From Octopus sinensis (lineage: Eukaryota), in the NCBI RefSeq assembly GCF_006345805.1, contig NC_043001.1:54498001-54562000 (forward strand): 64,000 nt of DNA, written 5' to 3'. This document shows, piece by piece, positions 26,551-39,701 of the stretch. A model generated the notes under the pieces. The model was not told the origin of the DNA. It saw nothing but the letters and a program-made list of their open reading frames with translations, and did not search any database. Position 1 is the first letter of the stretch. Every line of letters begins with the position of its first letter. The position numbers and the translations under genes were made by a program.

Positions 26551-27539
26551 CCCAACGTGACCGGTGTTCGGCCAAGCCTGACCTTTCTTTCTTGGTTCGG
26601 TCGTTGTCCGTGCAACATCTATATTCTCCCCTGTGCCTGTGAAATCTTGTATCCGTGCCGTAAGGCTTTACTTCCACACACGCCAGCTTAATTAAATTCG
26701 TCCTTGGTCGAAAGACACCTGTTGTTATATCCTGTTATTTGTATTTGTAGAAATTTCTCCGTTTCTTCCGTCCTTGTTTTCGTATACATTCGCTACTCTC
26801 TTCCAAGAAATCTAATGTTAGCTTAGTTTTCCTTGGGGCTGGCCAGATTGGAGCAATCTCGAGTATAACCAGCCAAAATTTCAAAGATAATCTGGAACTC
26901 AACTGAGAAAAGAAAACTCCGAATGATCCGTCCTTATTTTCTTTATCTGGATGTTTTGTTGTCCCTTTCTTGTATCACCTAACTGTCTGGGTGTTTTGCG
27001 TTCTTGTCACATTTTGTATATATATATATAAAACCAAATTAGTTGCGCTGACTAGTCAAAGCATCAAACCATCCTGATACTTCAAATTACCAACACTAAT
27101 CCTTCAATTAACATTATAAGCACGACTAATCTGCTTCTGCTAGAAAAATTGATCATATCTGAGATTTTACGTTCCGACTCACATGCTCAGTCGTGTGGAG
27201 ATGAGATGAGTTTATAAACTTATTTCGATTCCTAGCTGAAATCTTTAGTTTTATCGTTCATGAGCGTCGAAAAATACTTTGCTTAACACTTTTAGGATTC
27301 ATACTTGTGTATTAAACAATTATTTCCTACTGATCAGATTGTCATAAAAACGTTTAAGTGAATCAATATTGGAAGCTAAGCAATAAGAATTTATTACATA
27401 AATTATAGCTTTTTCAAATTCTTTAGATTAATCATAAAGATATTTATTCTATCGTGGACTTCCGACCCCACTACCTGAACATTTTAGTAGTGGGGGTCTT
27501 TTTACACAACTTTAAATAAGCATTTCTACTGGAAGCACA

Positions 27540-27730
27540 AGGCCTCAAATTTGGGGGAAGGGATTAAGATGATTACATTGAACCCAGTGCGTAACTGATA
27601 CTTATTTAATCGACTCCGAAAGGATGAAAGCAAAGTCAACCCCGGTGGAATTTGAACTCAGAACGTAGTGACAGACGAAATACTGCTAAGCATTTCGTCA
27701 GCCAATGTTAACGATTTGCCGCCTTCACAA
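27540..27730 (-). mobile_element. SINE family B, inverted copy
   Basis: GAAAGGATGAAAGCAAAGTCAACCCCGGTGGAATTTGAACTCAGAAC is the reverse complement of the family B core. Confidence 0.8.
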
Positions 27731-28087
27731 CTTTAAATAATAAAACAATTATTTTTAATCATCACAGCCACCAACACTGTATTTATTATTATTAACGGTA
27801 AGTAACAATTACATGTATAAGGAAGGATCCGAAAGCTTGCAAAACGGATCCGGTCATAAAGTGCTGAGCTGTCCGCCAACACTAAATCTAAATATTATCC
27901 TCTATTGAACAATCAACGAGCAAGTAATGTTTGGCACGCTAACAGTAGACGTCCAACAAAATAGAGGATTGGCTTTTTGGAAAGGCGCGTTGAATAGGAA
28001 ATAAAGTGCTTTAATCGTTAACTACGTAAATGGTTATATAATTATTTACATACATATATATATATATATGTTTTCTTTCATTTGCAG

Positions 28088-28980
28088 ACAACTTCTATTT
28101 ACTCCCTCTTACTACCAAACCGAACACGCTTAGGAAAATGTGTGGCATCAGGTCGTGCTAGCATTGGCTCTATGCCTTTAAAGCATACAGAACGAGCATA
28201 TTATAAACAACAAGACAGTGGTTGGAGACCGATTAACGAGTCAGATGTTTCACGTTGTTCGTCACCAGATATATGCGTCAAATACCATTCACCACAACTT
28301 ACTGACATTTCCAAGGTAAATACCAATTCCACACCTAATCTATTTATTGACGAAGCTGCTAAACTGGGCGAGAAAAAATCTATCTCCAAGACTCAAATTG
28401 ACCCTATGTCCTCTAGCTTTCCCAATGAAATAATGTTTCAAAACGGATGTCGTAGTTTCGAGACACCTGAAAGAAAAATGTCAATAGAAAACAATACAGA
28501 AACTTTATCAGGTAAGTCCGAGCCACAGAATCTGGAAAACGGAAATCAATCAAAAAGTTCGTCCGATATCGATAAAATTGCTTGTGATATTAACAAAAAC
28601 AATATTCCTCAACAAGAATCAAAAAAGGTTCAACAGAAAGAGGATAGCATTCCAGTTAAACCAATTGTTCCTATCAAAAGTAAGAAAGTGAATGCTAAAT
28701 CTAATAACTCTAAGAAATCACATTCTGGAAGCCATCATTCCCGGGAATTATCTCAAGAGGAAGTTGAATTTGAAGAAAAAGCAAAAGATTTGTATAAAGA
28801 CTTGAATGAAAACGATAAAGAATTATTAAGTGTTTTAAAGCCGAACAACAAACGTGCTACGGATTATGTTAAGAGTGTTTTTGATATACAGATTAGATTA
28901 AGTCGTTCAACAACTTTACAAGAACATCTTGAAAACCAAACACAGACGGAAGGGAAAGAAAATACAAACGAAGAAAACTG
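28088..28980 (+). CDS. shroom: Shroom-like protein, coding exon A (first detectable; first in-exon Met at 28172)
   Basis: Acceptor TTTTCTTTCATTTGCAG|, donor TG|GTAAGA (phase 2); open frame throughout; KAKDLYKDLNENDKELLSVLKPNNKRATDYVKSVF resembles the Shroom pre-SD2 motif (vertebrate LAKEIVHQDKSLADILDP..KTTMDLMEGLF, from memory). Confidence 0.8.
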
Positions 28981-29100
28981 GTAAGAATTTCATTATTTTT
29001 TGCGTTGGTTTTTAAAAATATAACTTCATTGCTATTTCTGACTTTTCTCTCTCTTACTCTTTCACTCACTCTCTCTCTCTCTCTCTCTCTCTCTCGCTAC

Positions 29101-29217
<117 letters not shown>

Positions 29218-29282
29218 TATATATGTAAACACACACACATATGTATATTTATACGTGTGTGTGTGTGTGTGTGTGTACATGT

Positions 29283-30300
29283 TTATATATAACTTGAGAA
29301 AATTTGCATATTTCTACTGTTCCACTTACAGATTGTATCTGTAATATGCGAGTTAGTTGGCTGATTTCTTTTTCTGAAAATCCAAGCTCATGAGGGGCGA
29401 CACTTAAGCATTTACTCACAAAACCAAGTACACCAATTCTTATTGGTACCAATGTAAATTTGTAATCTGGATATAGAAGCTGGAGGTTTCGAAGCAGTTG
29501 TCCATAGTTATCATCTTTCTCTTTTATTTCCAAAGAGATATTCACACCAACAGGACAGCTGCCCTCTATCACCGTACATACTTTTGCTTGTCTGTACCAA
29601 ACAACAATTTCTGGCCTGTTATGCTTACACTTGACAGATGCTTTCATGAAAATGTTCCACCAATGTTCCTTGGATTGATGTTTGTATATGTACTCAATAA
29701 CGGGGATTCTCTATAGTTATTCCAGGGCAGTCTTTTATTTTTTTGAAAGGCATTGTATGTTGCTTTTGCGACAACGTCGTGTCACATAAGGATGTAGTAC
29801 CTTGATGACAATTTTGAGTATCTGTTAATCACATGTATGATGTCTTCCATAGAAATATGACATATTCTATATTTTCGGTTGCGTCTTGGAACTCCAGGGG
29901 CTTCAGTATTTCTTTCGTTCATTAGGTTTTAGTAGCAAGCTCCTGTTCTTGGATTGTAAATGCATAGCTTTCGAAGTGTGATGTAGCTGTCACGAGATCA
30001 AGAGACGCTACGCTTCATGCTAATATTACTTTCTTCTTCAAGTTTACGGGAAACATACTCATGCACGACTTTTTCTTCTTTTTTTTTTTTTGTTTTTTTT
30101 GGGGGTATGCTGAGCGTTTCGCATCCAGGTCTTCTTTGAGGTCCAGCTGTTTTGGGGTTGTATGGCAGTTCATCAGGAAGGGAATGCTTCCTGAGGAGCT
30201 CACTGCTGACACATAGGACATTGTTGTTTTTATTTTTTAGCACCAAGTTAATGTATTTATGTTTGCTGCTATTGCTTAACAAGTGCTGTCTGAGAGAGAC
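29283..30300 (-). mobile_element. RLE-type (R2/R4-group) non-LTR retrotransposon 3' fragment
   Basis: Remnants FESYAFTIQEQELAT, HDVVAK, HNRPEIVVW...IEGSCP...KEKDDNYGQL...PIRIGVLG give the zinc-knuckle plus restriction-like endonuclease layout. Confidence 0.75.
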
Positions 30301-31177
30301 TATACGACATTCAAAGGTTGTCTACACTGATCTCAAACCTCTACCTCCTTTATCTCTTCTTAGGTTGTATGTATGTATGTTTGTATGAATAAGCTGAATA
30401 GTCTTCTGTCGGTTCGATTAGTTTTTCTTGGATTTATTAATTTACTTATTAAATTACTTTTGGCAAGAAAATTATATTTGCGGTCTAAATGTAATGAAAC
30501 ATATTACACAAAAGCTTTTAAGAAATGAAAACCCATAATACATACATTTTCCTTTGGATAAAATCAAAAGTATATCTAACTTAATATCTACACTTACCAT
30601 AAATATCTTCCCAACAAAATCCCTATTACCTATAAGAAAACAACTCTGTTACCTTGCTATTAATTTAGAAGCAAAAGAAATAGCTATCCGCCAAAACTAG
30701 TCTATTAAGTAGAAGAGTTAGCGTTATCTGAACCATACATTAAATAATATAAATGTATGTATAATAGATTATATCTTTGATTCTGTGCCACTGTTTATCA
30801 GTCAATTGCTTTATAAATGTTATATATGTTATATATAATGTTATACGAATAATATAAAAATAATTTATATAAATAAATATAGTAAAAATTAAGCTGTTTG
30901 TACAATAAATTGTTTTTAATCTCATTCCATTGTTAAAGCATCACTAACGCAGATCAAAACAGAATGATAATGTAGATGAGTGAGCGCATATGAAGGCTAT
31001 TCTCTGAAGAAAAATTCATCTTTTGTGCTGGTCATTACTTCAATGACATACATTGCACACTCATAGCCAGGATACATCGAACTAAACCGACACACACTCC
31101 ATGAACAGAAATCTCCAAATCCTCCAATGCAAACCTTGTATCTATCAACGACAAGAAAATATAAACTATATTTAGAT

Positions 31178-31504
31178 CAGGGGTACTCAACCATTTTGTT
31201 TTTATCTATAGACCCCTTTCATTACTATTTTATTCCGGTGGACCTGATGTTTAGAAACTAGTTTTATAGAAACTCCTTTCAAATTCCTATTTTGTTTTTC
31301 ACGCATTAACTTGTGTAGGCTGAGTCATGTAAAATGTTAGAGAAGGAAACCTAGCTGTTTCTTGCAATACATACCAATACATACATCTAACACAAAATTT
31401 TTTCAGGGCCCCTTAAAATAGTATTGTAGATCCCAAATTTACTATTTTGATTCGTGGACACCCCTCAAAAATAAAATTATATGGAGCCCGGTTGAGAACC
31501 ACTG
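31178..31504. mobile_element. hAT-type MITE
   Basis: TIRs CAGGGGTACTCAACC and GGTTGAGAACCACTG; perfect 8-bp TSD ATTTAGAT at 31170-77 and 31505-12. Confidence 0.9.
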
Positions 31505-31671
31505 ATTTAGATACACAGAAAGATGCCTTGTAACCTTACTATCAAAATATCAGGGCTTTAAGGGGTGATAGTAAAAATAATAGATTCGATTGGTCCATTA
31601 TAGAACACGCGTTCCCCTCCTTTGTTGGCTCTATAAAAGGTGACACTTGTTTTAATATCTCATTACATAAA

Positions 31672-31990
31672 GGCGGCGAGCTGGTAGAAACGTTAGCACG
31701 CCGGGCGAAATGCGTAGCCGTATTTCGTCTGCCGTTACGTTCTGAGTTCAAATTCCGCCGAGGTCGACTTTGCCTTTCATCCTTTCGGAGTCGAATAAAT
31801 AAGTACCAGTTAGGCACTGGGGTCGATATAATCGACTTAATCCGTTTGTCCTCTCTGTGTTTAGCCCCTTGTGTGTAGTAAAGAAATAGGTATTTCGTCT
31901 GTGTTTTCGTTTTGAATTCAAATTCCGCCAAGGTCGACTTTGCCTTTCCCAAAAAAATGTCGGGCCTTGTGCCTAGAGTAGAAAACAGTA
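31672..31990 (+). mobile_element. SINE family B, young copy fused to a second headless body
   Basis: Complete head, core and tail to ...AAGAAATAGG (31890), then re-entry at TATTTCGTCT. Confidence 0.9.
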
Positions 31991-32574
31991 TTTCATTACA
32001 GACTTTTTCATTTTTAAAACTTTTAATTATTAGGAAATAATTCAGTTTAGCATCACGCAATTATAGCAGACTCTAAATGTGTCTTTCACATGTATGTATT
32101 AAACACTTAGTATTTTACACGAAAACCAAACAAATACGCTACATAAATACATGAATGTGTATGTGTACATTCATATGTTGTAATTGATTAGCTCCAGATC
32201 AGCCTGATTGAGAAGACCTATAATAAAAGACGATGCACTCATAACTATCACGAATTTTATAATGAAACGAAGTATTTGCAGGACTTTCTTACAATATCAG
32301 TAACCTATATTTACTAAGATGGTAGGGTGTGATATGAGATAGAGACAAAAAAAAATAGCATGTCAAACGACCTCCGGTAAGCTTTCTCATTGATCTGAGA
32401 CGGTTTACTTCAGATTGACTTCTGCTTTCAGACTCACGTCATATTTAATCGACGTTTACTAACTCATTACTCATAGCTGGTATGTTTACTCATCCTCGTC
32501 CACCAAAATTATATTTAGTCGAAATTTCTGTGATATATTTAAAGGCTTGTCCTTATCATATGTACTCTTTATTG

Positions 32575-32710
32575 ATTTCAAATTTTGGCACAAGGCCAGT
32601 AAGTTTGGAGGTAAGTCGATTACATCGACCCCAATGCACAACTGGTACTTATTTTATCGACCCTCAAGCAAAGTTGACCTAGGCGGAATTTGATTCTGCC
32701 AGCTCACTGC
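32575..32710 (-). mobile_element. SINE family B, inverted copy
   Basis: TTTCAAATTTTGGCACAAGG...CAACTGGTACTTATTTTATCGACC...GGCGGAATTTGA. Confidence 0.75.
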
Positions 32711-32819
32711 TGTTTTTTCTTCGGCGGGGTGGGAGGGCTTAATAAAAAGCTCCGTTGATGAATTTGATATTTATTGGATTATATCTTGATCGAGGGCAGT
32801 ATTTACTTAAGGCTCTTTA

Positions 32820-33126
32820 AAACGATAAACGTCGCCCTTTTCAAGCCTAGCCAACCTCATGGGCCCGGTTTCTGTGGCGTATGTTCCCCCCACCCAGCTG
32901 GACGGGATGCCAGTCCATCGCAGCGTTACTCAAGAAACAAGAAGAGAGAGTGAGAGAAAGTTGTGGCGAAAGAGTACAACAGGGGTGGTCCCGCCCCCTG
33001 CCGGAGCCTCGTGGGGTTTTTAGGTGTTATCGCTCAATAAACACACACAATGCCCGGTCTGGGAATCGAAACCGCGATCCTCCGACCGCGAGTCCGCTGC
33101 CCTAACCACTGGGCCATTGCGCCTCC
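32820..33126 (-). mobile_element. SINE family C with target-site duplication
   Basis: Minus strand starts GGAGGCGCAATGGCCCAGTGGTTAGG; 13-bp TSD TTAAGGCTCTTTA at 32807-19 and 33127-39. Confidence 0.9.
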
Positions 33127-33242
33127 TTAAGGCTCTTTACGTTGCAGTATTTGTTTAAGCCTCTTTACGTTCTTTGTACGAGGTCAACTTTGCTTTTCAT
33201 TCTTGTGGATGAATACTGTAAAATACTGATGTCAAATTAATC

Positions 33243-33497
33243 CAGTGGTTCTCAACCAGGATCCATATAGTCCTTGAGGGACTATATAGGATTTTGTTGT
33301 TAAAAATTATGTACAATAAATTGGTTATACTTCTACAATACACTAAAAATATTTTAACAATTTTTAATACAATTCCAAATAATATCTAATTAAAAAGATA
33401 TAATAAGAATTTTTAAACATCAAATGACTTTGAGAGTCCACCCAAATAAATGAGGAATTTAATGGGTCCAAAGGCAAAACATGGTTGAGAACCACTG
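33243..33497. mobile_element. hAT-type MITE
   Basis: Perfect 16-bp TIR CAGTGGTTCTCAACCA; imperfect 8-bp TSD (AATTAATC vs GTTTAATC). Confidence 0.85.
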
Positions 33498-34077
33498 GTT
33501 TAATCCCTCAATTTCAGTCTGTGGCTTGTGTTTATATTAGAAACGATTATATTTATAGAACATGAATTTTTTCACCATACGATAGTTTTTCTGTCTTTCA
33601 TCCATGTACTTATGGTAGCAGATGAAGAAATAAAATGCATACTGACATATAAAACTTATATTGAGAAACCTAACACTTCAGCCTCACTGCTTTAATTAAG
33701 TGGCGTGCTTAACAAGGGTTACTTATTTACAAGATCCACTGAAAGTTGTATTATATAAATGCTGGAAGTTACTTACTAGTTAACATCTACCCATTAGCAA
33801 CATTCACTAGACAGGTATATAAATCATAGCTCTTCTAATACGGTCAATTAATCAGTCTGAGATGTGTTATTTCAGGAACACTAAATGCCTTTTGTTCTTT
33901 CAAAATACGCTTATCAGGATAATTTTTGAAAGCCAGTTGCCATCTCAATCTTGTGGTTCCATCAGTTAACAGCCGTGTCGAGCTAATGTTCTTTCGAATA
34001 ACTAAACCTTTTATAAATTCCGTCTGCTCCTGGCTCGCTTCTCTTCTAATTTTATCTGATTATCTATTTATATAATT

Positions 34078-34138
<61 letters not shown>

Positions 34139-36129
34139 ATGTATGTATGTATGTATGTATGTATAAGTATGTATATATGTATAAGAGGCAATAACTAAGT
34201 TATTGCCTCTCAAACCATTGAATGATTCTAAAGGTCATGGTAAAAATTTCGACGCTAGCTTAGTCTGACACATACAACTGCCGACAGAAGATAAAATGGT
34301 GAACAACAACTTATTCAGGGTTGACACATTCTAGTAATGTCACTTCAAATAGGAAACACACACACACACACATATATATATACATATATACATATACATA
34401 TATATATATATATATATATATGCCTTTTTTAAACAAACTAGATTGAGAAGAGGGGAATGTTTTGACAGTAGAATATCTTCGGCAAAATATTGATTTCAAC
34501 AAAGATAAATTTAGGATAATTTTTTTGTTTTTTGTTTTTAATAACACCATCGACTTAACAATGAGTTGCTGTGTAAAATTCCTCTCAAAAATTTGCTTAC
34601 TTGCTTGTTATTATTTTTGGATAGCAACATTGTTTCGACTCTTAGTTTGAATTAAGAAAGTTGATAGAAGCCTGCTTGAAATGCTGTCCTAAAAGTTATT
34701 TTATTTATCATTATCGGTGGTTTATTTGTCTTCTCTTAAGTCTCTAATTACCTCATCCAGAACTGTTTTAATATGTGGGAATACTTTCAATAAGTGTCAT
34801 ACACAAGCAAAAAGATTTCAGTTGTTATTATTTGGCTCCAAATCATCTCTGGTCCATCCGACATATATCATCAAAACCATCCTGTCACATGTGCATGCAT
34901 ACGCACGCATGAGCACGCGCCGTCAAGTACACACAGACACATATAATATATGCTTGCGTGTTTGAAGGAAGGGAAGAGAAGCGGTGTGTCTCGCTTACCT
35001 AATAGTTGGTTCTCAAAGTGCCTACGCTTTGCGAAAGTATTTGAAACTGGTGTTTAAATAGATATCATGGTTATGTAGATTTTTAGGTGTGAACCGTTCC
35101 TTTACCGTTCAAAAATAACATCTAATAATTCCATACTCGTAGGATTTTGTGTTTTTTTTATCTTCCTTTTCATTAGAAGTTTTTCCTTTTAAGTGATTGA
35201 AGTAACAAGCTAGTACTGTTGCAATTTTCTTCTATATACTAGTGAAACAAAAAGTAAGGTTGCAGAATCTACTCTTAAATTTGTCTTCAGTCATGCCGCT
35301 GTATGTGTCGCGTCAAAGTTTGGATATATAGTGGTTACATCACATTTGTAATAATAGCTTCTGCGTTGCAAGACATTTAGAGGGCACGCATTGATGTTTC
35401 TGCCTGAACATGACTCAGTTCTATTGGGAATGCATGTGATATTATGTTCTTTACGTGTGTGGTGGGTATAACTGTGGCTTAATTTAAGATTCTGTTTATT
35501 AAAATAGTTTCTATTCTTGCTGTTTTGAGAGAAATGTTTATCTGTTAATTTTAGAAAGCAATATTAGGTGTAACTTTAAGTGAAACGGAGTGTGTAAACT
35601 ATATGATTTTGCGACAGCTTTTTTATAGTTGGGAGGTGGGGATTTAGAAAGAGCTGGTAATTTTATTCTTGAAGCCACAAGCTTATCAGACATTATTCCA
35701 TTAGGGAGTGTTTATCAAAGATTTATTTGAAGACAAATTTTAACTCATTCATGTAATATTATATATTAGGTTTCTAAGAACTATGGGCGAATAGTATGGT
35801 TCTATGCTAATAAAACTAATCTTTTATTCAACTTCTTAAAGGTTTACGTACGTGGTTAAATCTAGAATGCTGTCGAGGAAATTAACTTTATCGAAGTCAG
35901 TAGCTATAGCTAGTTTAAGGTCGAAAGTACTGAATGTGTAGATTAATGTTCTTCTTTAATATATTTAATTTATGTCCACTAGTGCTTTTCGTATATAGCT
36001 AATCCGTCATCTTTATGAAAACCGAAGTTCACCTAAACGCTCACCTGCGTGCTTCTTCACAGTCATAGACCACACATTTAATCCAGGTGGATTACACATT
36101 CATGTATATACTTGTTTGCGTGTGTGTGT

Positions 36130-36196
<67 letters not shown>

Positions 36197-36445
36197 GTGG
36201 TGGGTTAGCAGACTCTAAGAGAGACAATGAAAATACTTTGGTGTATTTGTTCTGAGTTCAAATCACACTGAACTCATCTTTGTTTTTCATCCTTTCAGTA
36301 ATCAATGAAATAGAACTCCAGTCAAGTACAGAAGCCGACTTAATCAACTAACTTCCTATTCCAAATGTCAGGCCTTGCGCCGATCTTAGAACCAATATTA
36401 TACATACCTGTAAACGTGCGTCTTAATACCAACACAACGCATGCA

Positions 36446-36485
<40 letters not shown>

Positions 36486-36612
36486 TTCTCTCTTCAAGCA
36501 CAGCTTTCAAACATCTGAAGATTATTGTATGTGGCTCTTATGTGAAAGCAAGTCTGGTTACATCTGCTTAATACATCATAGTTCAGTTTCATTTTTTTTT
36601 TTTTTTTTTCAG

Positions 36613-36697
36613 TTCTACAGATGTAATTTCGAAAGAAGCTCCAACCCCAGATCAACAAGACAACAAGGTTGATGATAACTGTATATTAAAGAAAAAG
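36613..36697 (+). CDS. shroom: Shroom-like protein, coding exon B (85 nt)
   Basis: Long T-tract plus CAG| acceptor, donor AAG|GTGTGT; phase 2 in and phase 0 out, exactly bridging exons A and C; encodes (C)STDVISKEAPTPDQQDNKVDDNCILKKK. Confidence 0.8.
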
Positions 36698-36918
36698 GTG
36701 TGTACGCGCTATTTTTATGTAAATGCATGCATTGAATTGAAAGAGCCGTTAGAGTAAATGACAGAATAATTGTGGTATTCGTTATGTCCTTCTGCCCTTC
36801 GTGTTCAAATCCCGCCGAAGTCAACTTTATTCCGTATTTAATGCGAAATCGACTAAGTACCTACCCATTACTGAAGCTGATTCTTCTCGCTCTCTCCCTC
36901 CCGCTCTCTCTCTCTCTC

Positions 36919-36971
<53 letters not shown>

Positions 36972-37168
36972 AATGAAATTGACTGTTCAGACCCGGAGAT
37001 GCGCTCCGCTAGGTTTAAAGCTTCGAGACACCGTATGTCACGGTGCCCCCCAACCCCCAATCAACGACAATTTCATCAGGAGTTTATAACACACATATAC
37101 AAACAAGTGTGTGGAGGTGAATATGTCTTATGACTGAAACAAGTAAAGTGTAATAATATATATATATA

Positions 37169-37552
37169 GGCACAGGCGTGGCTAAGTGGTGCGAGGTTTC
37201 TTTCTTAATCATATGGTTACGGGTTCAGTCCCACTGTGCGGCACCTTGAGCAAGTGTCTTCCACTATAGTCTCGGCCCGACCAAAGCCTTATGAATTGAT
37301 TTGATAGACGGAAACTGAAGATGCCCGTCGTATGTGTGCGTGCGTGTTTGACCCCTCCCCCCACTGCCACTTGACAACCGGTGCTGAGTTGTTCTTTTAC
37401 GGCCCTGTAACCTAGCAGTTCGGCAAAAGAAACCGATAGAATATTACCAGGTTTAAAAAATAAGTACTAGTGTCGATTTCTTTGACTAAACCCTTTAAGG
37501 CGATGTCCCAGCATGGCTGCAGTCCAAGGACTAAAATAAGTAAAGGATAAAA
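37169..37552 (+). mobile_element. SINE family A copy
   Basis: GGCACAGGCGTGGCTAAGTGG head through CCCAGCATGGCTGCAGTCCAAGGACT tail. Confidence 0.85.
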
Positions 37553-37578
37553 GATATATATATATATATATACATATA

Positions 37579-37952
37579 GGCGCAAGCGTGGCTGTGTGGT
37601 AAGAAACTTGCATTCCAGCTGCATGGTTCCGGGATCAGTCTCATTGCCTGGCACTTTGGGCAATAGCCTCGGGCCGACCACATACTTGTGAGTGGATTTG
37701 GTAAACGGAAACTAAAAGAAGCTCGTCGTATGTGTGTGTGCGCGTGCACACGTGCGTGTGTTTGTCATCACCGCTTGACAACTAGTGTTTGTGTGTTTAT
37801 GCCCCCGTAACTTAGCGGTTCGGCAAAAGAGACCGATAGAATAAGTACTGGGCTTTAAAAAATATATATAAAAGGTACCAGGGTCGATTCGTTCTAAACT
37901 CAAGGTGATGCCCCAGCATGGCCGCAGTCTAATTACTAAAACAAATAAAAGA
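37579..37952 (+). mobile_element. SINE family A copy, tandem with the previous one
   Basis: GGCGCAAGCGTGGCTGTGTGGTAAG head through CCCCAGCATGGCCGCAGTC tail. Confidence 0.85.
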
Positions 37953-38582
37953 ATATATGCGCGTGTGTGTGAGTGTCCCCCTTTTATTTTTAAGACAGTA
38001 GGGTTTAATTTGAGGATGATGTGACTGGTATTTCTAATAGATCCAACAGCGATTTCGGCTGACATTATCCAAATTATACTGGTACTTGACAATGATGGCA
38101 GCGTATATAGCATCGGTAGAAGGGTAGGGCACTTAAAATAGGCAATTATTCTATATATAGCTGCTAAACAAATCCTATTTTGTCCACTTTCAATAAACAT
38201 TTTGATAGTTGCAAATATTTTCGAGGTCATTAGACACAACTATGTGTTCAATGTATGTCTTGGTTGTTATTGTAACAGTAGTAGCAGCTTTTTTTTCCTT
38301 GTATATTTTAATTTTTTTCCTTCCTGTTCTTGCTTTGAGTATTAGATATTTTTTGCCCTGTTTTCGACAGTTATGCAGAATATAAGTTGAATATGTATGT
38401 TTCTTTTCACCAAATCTACGGAAATAAGTAGTGATAAGCATGCCTTTCTAAAGGTAATAAGTACTATAAGTGAAATTAGATGATTTCAATCTGTGATTGA
38501 AACCGCAAATTCGATTGTTCGCATCTTGTTCTGTATTATATACACAAGCACACAGAAATCTATTTCTATCCATTTATCATAA

Positions 38583-38785
38583 CAGTAATCTCTCACCTAT
38601 CGCGGTTTATTATTTAAGTTTACGTCGATTCCTCCGTGGTGCTGTTTCGCATTTATAATAAAATAAATATATACAAATTATAAAAATGATAAAAAATATA
38701 CACTGTACTGATTCTATTTCGCGGATTTTCACCTATCGCGGGGGTGTTTGGAACGTAACCATCCACGATAGTCGAGGGATTACTG
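38583..38785. mobile_element. pogo/Tigger-like MITE
   Basis: TIRs CAGTAATCTCTCACCTATCGCGG and CCACGATAGTCGAGGGATTACTG followed by TA. Confidence 0.75.
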
Positions 38786-38804
38786 TATTACTATTATATC
38801 TAAG

Positions 38805-39015
38805 GCAGTGAGCTGGCAGAATCACTTGCACGCCGGGCAAAATACTTAACTGCATTTCATCCGTCTTTATGTTCTGAGTTCAAATTCCGCCGAGATCGAT
38901 TTGGTCTTTCATCCCTTTCTGGGTCGATAAAACAAGTACCACTCGAACCTTGGGATCGATGTAATGGACTTACCCCCATCAACCCGAACTTGATGGTCTT
39001 GTGCCAAAATCTGAA
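38805..39015 (+). mobile_element. SINE family B copy
   Basis: GAGCTGGCAGAATC...GAGTTCAAATTCCGCCGAG...TTGTGCCAAAATCTGAA. Confidence 0.8.
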
Positions 39016-39034
39016 ATCATTATTATTATCACAT

Positions 39035-39495
39035 CTTTTATGCAGCAAGTTACAAAGGGAAAATACCGTTCGGTGTCCTTTACAGCTGTGTCACGATTCC
39101 TCTACCACCTCCTTTTGTACTGAAGGTCAACTCTGCATGCATTCCCGGAGGATGAGACAAACTATAAGAGACCACTGGCGATGGTTATACTGACTGACAC
39201 TATGGGATTTCTCAAGAGAATCCTTAAAACTTTTTCTTTGGTGCCGCTCTGTTATGATAGCTTGTAGGGAGAGAGTTCGCCAAGCATCGTTATCTTGAGC
39301 AGAATGTTCTATGACTTGTACCTTTAAGCTGCGACTTTAACTGCATGATCTCGGTGTTTCTAACCTCTTCCTTTCGAGGCTGATAACAAAGTCCCACCAG
39401 TGGGTGGTGAGGATGGAGCGGAGGCAGCGCTGATGGAAGAGCTCAATGAGTCAAAGATGGTGACTGCAGGTAGTCCACAACTCAGGGCCATACAG
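39035..39495 (-). mobile_element. RTE-clade LINE RT C-terminal fragment
   Basis: Minus strand LYGPELWTT...FHQRCLRSILTTHWWD and a KKSFKDSL-like remnant (RTE LYGSETW/FHQRCLR/RFKDxLK motifs). Confidence 0.75.
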
Positions 39496-39644
39496 AAAAC
39501 AAGCATAGTACATCCCACTCATTCCATGATTCTCCACTCGGAATTCGAACTCGGTGCAGAGAAAGCCAAAACAAATATCACAAAGCATTCCACAGTTCGC
39601 TCAAGTAACTTTACTAATTCACTGCACAAACAGACAGATAAAAG

Positions 39645-39701
<57 letters not shown>

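Noticed and set aside
26895-26935. Hammerhead-like CTGAGAA...CTCCGAAT
   Set aside because: Core and stem II are too degenerate to support.
33844-34060. About 70-codon stop-free minus-strand frame antisense to a Shroom intron
   Set aside because: No start codon, weak splice signals and no recognisable motif; plausible by chance.
36621-36697. Alternative acceptor TTCTACAG| for exon B
   Set aside because: It shifts the frame and reaches TGA within the exon.
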